NCBI GenBank assembly: GCA_002104945.1 | Contig: MCFH01000010.1 | Span: forward strand, 868,001 to 932,000 | DNA length: 64,000 nucleotides | Direction of reading: 5' to 3' | Source of the DNA: Piromyces finnis finn | Taxonomy: Eukaryota; Fungi; Neocallimastigomycota | Part shown: piece after piece, positions 55,520 to 64,000 of the stretch | Layout of the letters: every line of letters starts with the position of its first letter | Numbering within the stretch: the first letter of the stretch is position 1 | Notes under the pieces: generated by a model | Told to the model about the DNA's origin: nothing | What the model saw: only the letters and a program-made list of their open reading frames with translations | Database searches by the model: none | Translations under genes and position numbers: made by a program

Positions 55520-58286
55520 ATGAAAATGAGTAAAATGATTTTACCCATCGAAATAATCAATAAAATTTTGCAATATTCAGATAATATATATGCATATTTT
55601 GCTTTTGGTTTAAATGATACAAAAATACTGAATCATATTATTGTTCAGAGTAATGGAACTATTTCCATGCTTAAAAAAGCAATAGAAGGTTCTCATACAA
55701 AAATTTTAGATTGGATTTTAAATAACAAGGAGCATATATCGTCAAAAATAATATTATCACATACTATATATGCAAAAACTGCTACTATTGTTGATTATAT
55801 TTTGAAAAGAATATCATGTACCTCATATGATATATGCTACATGCAAATTCTATATTTAAAACATAATCGATTTGACCTTTTTAAGCATTTAAATTCGATA
55901 TATCCAATACCTTATTTTTATTTGATAACCATTCAACCATTTTCATTTCTTGACAAAAAAATGTCAGCTTTAAATTTTTTAGAAGACAAACCAAATGCAG
56001 TAATTTTTCCATCAATAGAAGAAACTCGTAATGCTATTTCTCAACCCGAATTATCTGTAAATTCAAATGATATTAATCAATTAATGGTTTATAAAAAAAA
56101 GAATAAACTTTATATTTCTCAATTAGCTCAAGATTTAATTGAAGCACTCTATCTTTTAATTATTCAAAATAAACATTATAATGAATTGAAGGAAAATGAA
56201 AAATGGATAGTAAATGATTATTTAAAAATTATTGCAAGTTTTTATTCTTATGATCCATGGAATTATAGACCATGGAAAAGAGATGATAATGGATGGTATA
56301 TAATGTTTAATTCTTTGATAGTATTTTTCATTAAAAATAAAATGTATGATATTCTTAATAAAATTGATAACCTACGACAATGTTTAGATAGTGATATTAA
56401 CAGATCGTTATTTTTATGCAAGGGAATAAAACTAACTGTAAAAGATATTGAATCATTAAATGAGGAATATCAAACTATTTTAGAAAAAGAATATTGTATT
56501 TTAAATGGGAAAACATATAATCCCAACAATAATAATACTATTTGCCAACAAAAGCATAATTATCTGAAAGCAAATCAAGAAATGGATATTGATATTTTTT
56601 TCGGATCTATCATTAATCAACAATTACCTGTTTTAAAAAAATATTTCAATTCGGATATTTACAATTTTGAAACTTTTCTTTATTATTATTTAGACCGAGT
56701 CACCGATATTAATATTATGATTGATCATACTATATCTACAAATTTTAAGGAATTTTTTTTAGCAATATGCCAATTTCCAATTTCTTCAATATTTCATTAT
56801 TCTCAGGATAGTAAGTTATACATATATGAATTAATTCAGAATATGATTACAAATTGTTTGAAATGCTGTAACTACGATGCTCTTAATAGTATAATCGATA
56901 ATATTTTATATAAATATAATATTAGTAGATACAATTTTGAATGTTGCATAAACGATGCTTTTTATTCAAATTGTTCTTACGAAGTTATTAAAATAATAAA
57001 ACATTTCATTTCAAAACTATATAATAATCAAGTTATAAAACAAAATGGGAAAAATATCCAAAATCAAGATGATGATATAAACTATGACGATTTCGAATCT
57101 TTTGAAAATGATGGTAAAAATAGTAATTATATAATATTAATATTATATTATTTTATATTTATATTAATACCATTATATTACATATATATTATTTCCCTAT
57201 TTATTATTATCAGATGACGAAGATGAATTATTTGGAGATGCTCCATATAATCTAAAATTAACTCTAGGTTGTGTTAATGAAACAATCATGGTTCATAATT
57301 ATCATCTCAGTCAACTGAATATTTTTAAAAAATATGAAGATATTATTTGGCCATTAATCATTGGACAACATCATTGGTTGAATGATTCTGCTGATTTAAT
57401 GTCAATTATATCTCATCTTTTATTAAAAGTAAGCATTGAAAATGATTTATATGATCAATATTTATCTTTCATTTTGGATATCTATAAGGAAAATCCTAAT
57501 GATACTTTAACAAAAAGTGGCAGAACAGAACTTCTTCAAAAAATTATTACATGCTCAGAAAAGAAATCGTTTTTGTATTTATCTGATATCAATCCAAACA
57601 ATATTGTATATCTTGCCGACAAACTAGATGTAAATAAATATAAATTTTATTCATTCCTTTACATTCGTTTCCACAATAGCAATCCATTCTTAACTTTTAA
57701 AAAAATGTTTCAATCAAATTCTAGTAAAAATACAAATATTAATGAGACATCTTTGTTCAATAAACATAATTATCCATTATCATCAATTGAATGCCAACAA
57801 TTCATTGAAAAAAACAAAGGAAACAATTCTTCAGTAGATAGAGAAATTGACTCCATTAATATTCATAATCGTGGTCAATTAGAATCAAATAAACGACAAG
57901 CTCAACCATATAATACTAAACTTATTAAAAGTGATAATTCTATTGATTTTATTGAATCTAATAATATTTCAAAAAATTTATATGCGTCAACAAGTAAATT
58001 ATCTGAACAACATGGAATTCCATCCAAATCTATTAATTATAATAAGACTATTAAAACATATCTAAATAATAAAAAATATCGCAATATTAATACATATGAA
58101 TTTAAAGAAATATTTAAAGAGTCGTCTGAATGGAAAGAATTATTAATGCCAATAAATTATTCTTATTCATCTATTAACGATAGCAATATAAAAAATAGCA
58201 ATAATTATTCATATAATAATAGCAGTAAAGAATGTAATAAGAATTATTCTATGCTTGACTTATTTTCATTAATTTATGATATTTAA
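55520..58286 (+). CDS. Uncharacterised 888-aa protein with an F-box-like N-terminus, 2 exons
   Basis: Exons 55520-57113 and 57214-58286 are joined by a phase-1 GT-AG intron, which merges the two tracked ORFs. The N-terminal LPIEIINKILQY matches the F-box start LPxEIxxxIxxY. Confidence 0.72.
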
Positions 58287-58468
58287 ATGCTTTATTATGA
58301 TGATATTATTATAATTTTTTTTTTCTATATTAATGAAATATATTTCAAATTATAATTTAATAAATTTTTTAACTATAACAATTATTTCAATCATTTTTTC
58401 AATTATAAATACAATTTTCAGTTTTTTATTCAAAATAAGCAAAATAAGATATTTACATTATATAAAAA

Positions 58469-60198
58469 TTAAGATAGTAAATCATCTAACCAATCTTGAA
58501 GATTATCCATGTTTTGATTGTTATTGGAATTGTCAATTTTACTATTGGTAGTTGATGGAGTGTTGATTAAATCATTGAAATTATTATTTGAAAAGTTTAT
58601 ATTATCATTGTTGATTTTTGTATTGTTTTTGGATTTATCAGATTCTAATGATAATAGCATATTTAATTCATCTATTATAATTTTTCAATGTAAATATATA
58701 TATTAAAATTATATATTATATTCATTTACATTTTTGAAAATTCAAACAATATATATATATTTAAAGGTCTGTAATACATACCTTCTAATTCATTTTCTTT
58801 TGTAGCTCTAACTGGTCTCGATATATCCAAAAGTTCATCTATATCAAAATCAATATTATTTTTATTTTTATTTTTATCTTCATCTTTATTACTTTGATTT
58901 TGTGTAATTTCAATAGTTGATTTATTGTAATCCTTATTATCAATATTGTTATTTGCTTTAATTTCATGAGTATCAATTTCATTTGTCTTCTTTTTGTTAT
59001 CACTCACAGATTCCGTTGAAATGTCAAAATTGAAATTATTGTTTAAACTTATTGAATCATTATGAATATAATTATATGTTGGTAATATTTTATTAACTTT
59101 TTTTGATTCATTTATAAAACCGACGTCAATATTCTTTAAAAATTGTAGTATTAGAATTGTTAATAATTATATCCATTAAACAACACTTTTTTTTTTTAAA
59201 GAAAAAAATAAACTTACTTCGTCTATTATGAATTCCTTGTTAGTTTTTATTTTGTCCCATATAGATATTTTATTTAAGGAATCGTTTAATTTATTGAAAT
59301 CCAGTTTAAAAATTTCTTGTATTTTCTTATTTTTTTTTTTTAAATGTGAGGAAAAAACATAATAGTAATAATAATAATAATAACAATAGCATATATATAT
59401 AATAAAAATAAAGAGAAATACATTAATAGACTTATATATTATATTATGGATGGCTTTTTTATTACTATCAAAATATATTACATACTTCTTCATTAGTGAA
59501 TTTTTCATCTTTTAACCAATTTTCTTTCTTAAAATGAAAATATGAAGAAGGATCATAATTGACATTATTATCTATAAATGGTATTCATATTAATAAAACA
59601 ATTAATTTATCAATATTTATTATTGAAATTAAAAAAAAAAAAATATTAAATATTATTGGAAATTAACCTTGTGCATTAATTAATGAAAGTGCATCCTCAA
59701 CAGCAACATCAATATCAGCTTCAGCTTCCAATTGTTCTATATTAAATATAATAACAATAATGATAATGTAATAATAAATATAATTAATGAATATATTAAT
59801 ATATTATAAATTGGCTGACTACATTTTTATTATTATGGTTATTACCTTCATAAGTTGGTTCATTGTATCTATATGAATTATCAACAATTTTTCTTCTACC
59901 ATATGATTTGCCCGTTTCTTAAATTATTATTTTTAAGAAAAAAAAAAGGAATTTTAATATTTTAATATAGATTAGGTATTTAGATTTGAAATTTCTATAT
60001 ACCTTCATCAATAAAAGATTTATTTGCTTTTTTATTAAAACGTGGTTTTGGTTTTTCAATTTTGTTTGAATTATTATCAGTATCGTTATTATTAATTGCT
60101 TTTTCTTTTACATTTTGCTTATCTTTATTTTCTAATTTATTTTTATGTGTAAGTTGATATCTTCTGCTTTTTTTTTGTTTATAAGGATCTGGTCTCAT
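58469..60198 (-). CDS. AVEN: AVEN-like protein, 7 exons
   Basis: Phase-consistent exons 60198-60003, 59917-59846, 59736-59668, 59571-59486 and 59325-59218, then two more ending at 58792 and 58469. Motifs YGRRKIVDNSYRY, SSYFHFKKENW, FKLDFNKLNDSLNKISIWDKI and terminal LQDWLDDLLS* parallel remembered AVEN motifs YSRRKIVSNWDRY, SQFRFAEEKEW and LEDWLDSMIS*. Confidence 0.7.
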
Positions 60199-60248
60199 TA
60201 GATATAAATTTATACTTAAAGTAAATACAACCTTTTTTTTTATAATTT

Positions 60249-60283
<35 letters not shown>

Positions 60284-60314
60284 TAAATAAACAAAATAAA
60301 TAAAAATAAAACAG

Positions 60315-60517
<203 letters not shown>

Positions 60518-60708
60518 TTAATATATATTTAATCTTTATTTTATATTATATAAATTGCTTATATTTTATTTATATTTTATTATTTTAAATATATATTTAA
60601 TATATTTTAAAAATTCGCTATATATATCAAGATTTCTATTTAAAATTTAAAAAATTCTATTTTTTTATTATTACTTATAACAATTATAAATCAAATAATA
60701 TTTTATTC

Positions 60709-62576
60709 TTAATCAGATTTAACAGCATCTTTTTTAAGCTTCATGATTTTTTCAATTTCTTCTTTTGTAAGTTCTCCACTTTCAATTTTTTGCTTAATAT
60801 CAATAGCTTTGAAACGTTTGTTTAAACCATCATTACTGAAGTATTGATGGTAAGTAAAACCTTCCATATAATGTTTATCTTTTGGTTGACAATTAGCATT
60901 GCAAGTATATACAGCAACTGTTCCCCAATCTAATGAGTCTACATTTTTATCATCAATGTTTAAGTAATTTAATAATTGTGGCATAATTTGAAATTCAAAT
61001 GTACATTTTGAACCACAATATGGACAATTTTTAATTTCAGTTGGTTTATTATCTTGGCAAACCCATAATGGTTCAGAATCTTCTTGGTTGTAATGTAAAC
61101 GGGCATATCTTTTATTTATTTTTTATTATTTATATTTATTTATTATTATGAATATTATTTATAAAGTTGAATCACTGAAAAGTTATATAATAATTAAAAA
61201 TCAACTATACCTTAAAATTTGAGAAGGTTCTCTTGCAATTCTTTTTTCAAATTTTAAAAATGCTTTATCAACATCAACTTCGGTATCTTCACAGTCTTCT
61301 TCATTTACATTAAAATCTTTAAGAACACTTGGGTCGATTGTTGCTATAATATTTATAATATTTATAATATTTATTAATTCATTAAAATATAACTTTGTTA
61401 TATATTTATAAATATAAAAACAGCATTATATAATAAATACATATAGTTGTAAAATGAAAGTTATGTATTATTATTATTATATACCATTAGTAAATTTAGA
61501 AATATCAAATTTTTCATTTTCTTTAAGAACGTTTGATGGTGGTTCTTCTTCAGATACCAATTCATATTCCGGGAATAAATAATCTTCCAAGGTCTTAATT
61601 TCTAATTGCTTAAGAATTAAAGTTTCTTTTTCATTGTCATTACAACAAATTCTTTTGTGGTAAGCATTATTCCAGTGATATATTTGACAATCTTTACAAC
61701 TGTAATTTTCAGATTTACATTTTGAACATTGCTTTGAACCTAAATATCCACTAACTTTACATAATGGAGCAACTTTCACATCTTTTTTTTTTTTTTTTTT
61801 GATAAATTATTTAATTTACATATTATATATTTATATAATTTATAAAAATAATTTAATTTATTTAAATGATTATTAAATATTTTTCTATATAAATTTTAAA
61901 ATATAATATTTTTTTATTAAAAATAAAACTATAATAAATCTTTATAAACCTTTTGGATATTGTCCAGCTGGTAATGGTAATTGTTCTGGATAATATTTAT
62001 TAACTTTTGGTAATTGACTTCTGTAAACCTTGAAACTATATACAATTAAACAAAATATTAATTATATTCTATTTTTTGTATTTTATCGAGTTTTATTACT
62101 AATATTGCTTACCTTTTTTCTTGTGATTCTTTATGACATTTTCCATTTTTACAACAAAATAAATATACACAACGATGATAAGCTTCAGCTGGAACATCTT
62201 CTGGTGCATATATCTTTTTTTTAACAATATTTTATAAATGGTGAAAAAGTTATAAAAATTAAGAATGACTTTATATAATTTCTAATAATAATTTAATATA
62301 TTAATAAATAATTACTTGAAGTAAAAGAACCATTGGCTTATTGCAAATACCACATCTTACTGATTCAACATCAAGTGGAAATTCTGGATTTAACCAAACC
62401 TATAAATTTTATTGGTATAGTTATTATATTAATTACTTAATTTTAAACAATTTCTTTATATTTAATATATAGATAATTACTGGCTTTCCACCGATTTTTG
62501 AAGGAAAATCATCTATATCAGGTAAAAATGGTCTTTCTGGTTTTGAAACGAAACCCAATTGAATTCCTGTAGCCAT
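60709..62576 (-). CDS. PDCD2: PDCD2 (zf-MYND + PDCD2_C; Tsr4 family), multi-exon
   Basis: Exons encode QLGFV..FPSKIGGKP|VWL..CGICNKPMVLLLQ|IYAP..HRCVYLFCC and a MYND-like CKVSG..CSKC..CKDCQ..HW..HKRIC. The C-terminus is QIMPQLLNYL..LDWGTVAVYTC. Confidence 0.9.
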
Positions 62577-62926
62577 ATTTCTATATTTTTTAATATTTTT
62601 TGATAGTGTAGAACACTTATAATTTTATAATTTTATTATTTTTTAAAAATATAAATTAAAGATTTTTTTTATTTTGAATTATTATCCAATCATTTTATTG
62701 ATTTAATATATATTCAAAATTTTAAATTTTTATTAAAATTAAAAGCTAACAAAAACTCTCTATTTATCTAAATAAATAAATAAATAAATAAATAATATGA
62801 TTATTATATTATTTGTGATTATCAATAAAAAGTATTTTTTATATATTTTATATTTTTTAGTTTATTTTAATTTTTAATTTTTAATTTTTTGTTATATTCA
62901 AAAAATTTAAAAACATTTATATTTAT

Positions 62927-63110
<184 letters not shown>

Positions 63111-63194
63111 ATATATAAATAAATATTTAAATAAAATATCTAGTTCTATTATAATAGTATATTTAAAATTATTTATAAATTATGAGAATCAAAA

Positions 63195-64000
63195 TTAATT
63201 ATATTTTCTTTTTTTATTATCTATAGAAATAGCTATATTATCCTCAACAATTAATTTTCTTTTATTATTATTACTTAAGGATATAATGGATGATACTGGT
63301 GATGGCAAGATATTATTGCTGGATTTTACTGGTGAATTATTAGTATATTTAGTTGATGATATTTTTGAAGTAGAATCCTCGCTTTTAATATTGTCAATAT
63401 TTATTTTTGGTCTTACGTATTGATGACATTTATGAGCATGTCTATACCATAAAATAGTCATTCCTTTGCTGTTTACAATATCATTAATTTCTTTTTTATT
63501 TTGTTTTATTTGTTGAAGATATGATAGAATAGTGTCAGCAATATTTTTCTTATCATTGTACATATTATATTTTTTCTTTAAGTAGTACTTGTTAAGGGGT
63601 TTTCCATTTTTATTATTATCTTCTATCTTATTATTATTATTATTTTGTTTATATTTCAAAATATTAGTGAAAAACTGATAACACCTTTTTTTAGTGACCA
63701 TTATAGGAATCCATTCATTACAATGATGGCATTGGCCAACAACAAATTTCAAGATACAATCATTTAAATTAAAATCTTCTGGAAGAGTAATAGATGACTC
63801 AATAATTAAATTTTTGAGGGTTAAAAGAAATTCTTCATTATTAACAATGATTGATAAATCATTATTACAGTTATTAGATGAGTTTGAGGAATTATCCTTT
63901 TTGGAATTTTTATTGCCAATCAGATTATCAATAATATTTTTTCTTTCCGTTTCATTAACAAGTTTTAACATCTCTTTGTAATCTACCACTTTTGTGGTTA
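63195..64000 (-). CDS. 3' part of a gene truncated by the window edge, with a probable CxxC...HxxxC zinc finger (Rua1 C-terminal/DUF4451-like)
   Basis: The frame stays open from the tracked GTG at 63989 to the window end. It contains GQCHHCNEWIP and ILWYRHAHKCH. The family name comes from memory of the motif only. Confidence 0.55.
   Translation of the reverse strand, partial: TTKVVDYKEMLKLVNETERKNIIDNLIGNKNSKKDNSSNSSNNCNNDLSIIVNNEEFLLTLKNLIIESSITLPEDFNLNDCILKFVVGQCHHCNEWIPIMVTKKRCYQFFTNILKYKQNNNNNKIEDNNKNGKPLNKYYLKKKYNMYNDKKNIADTILSYLQQIKQNKKEINDIVNSKGMTILWYRHAHKCHQYVRPKINIDNIKSEDSTSKISSTKYTNNSPVKSSNNILPSPVSSIISLSNNNKRKLIVEDNIAISIDNKKRKYN

Overview
An extremely AT-rich eukaryotic window with short GT-AG introns, long poly-A/T runs and long microsatellites. 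Composition and gene content fit an anaerobic gut fungus (Neocallimastigomycota); this is an inference. I assembled about 16 genes by hand, plus one 5'-truncated LINE. The genes are: a coiled-coil protein, a FANCF-like gene, a small coiled-coil gene, an ankyrin-repeat gene, casein kinase I (YCK type), phosphoserine aminotransferase SER1, NBP35, a metallothionein-like gene, an Hv1-like proton channel, an RS-rich protein, a 2070-aa orphan, a 3-LIM protein with 21-nt and 5-nt micro-exons, an F-box-like protein, an AVEN-like gene, PDCD2, and a partial zinc-finger gene at the right edge. The LINE has a poly-A tail and a 12-bp target-site duplication. The standout is 25.3-31.3 kb. There the cytosolic Fe-S scaffold NBP35 carries an in-frame N-terminal array of 31 tandem 19-aa units with four Cys each, about 150 extra Cys in total. 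Directly upstream on the same strand is a 196-aa, 53-Cys, four-module metallothionein-like gene with two AP-1-type TGA(C/G)TCA sites in its promoter. This may be a coupled metal-buffering and Fe-S assembly locus (hypothesis). No tRNA, rRNA or CRISPR array was recognised.
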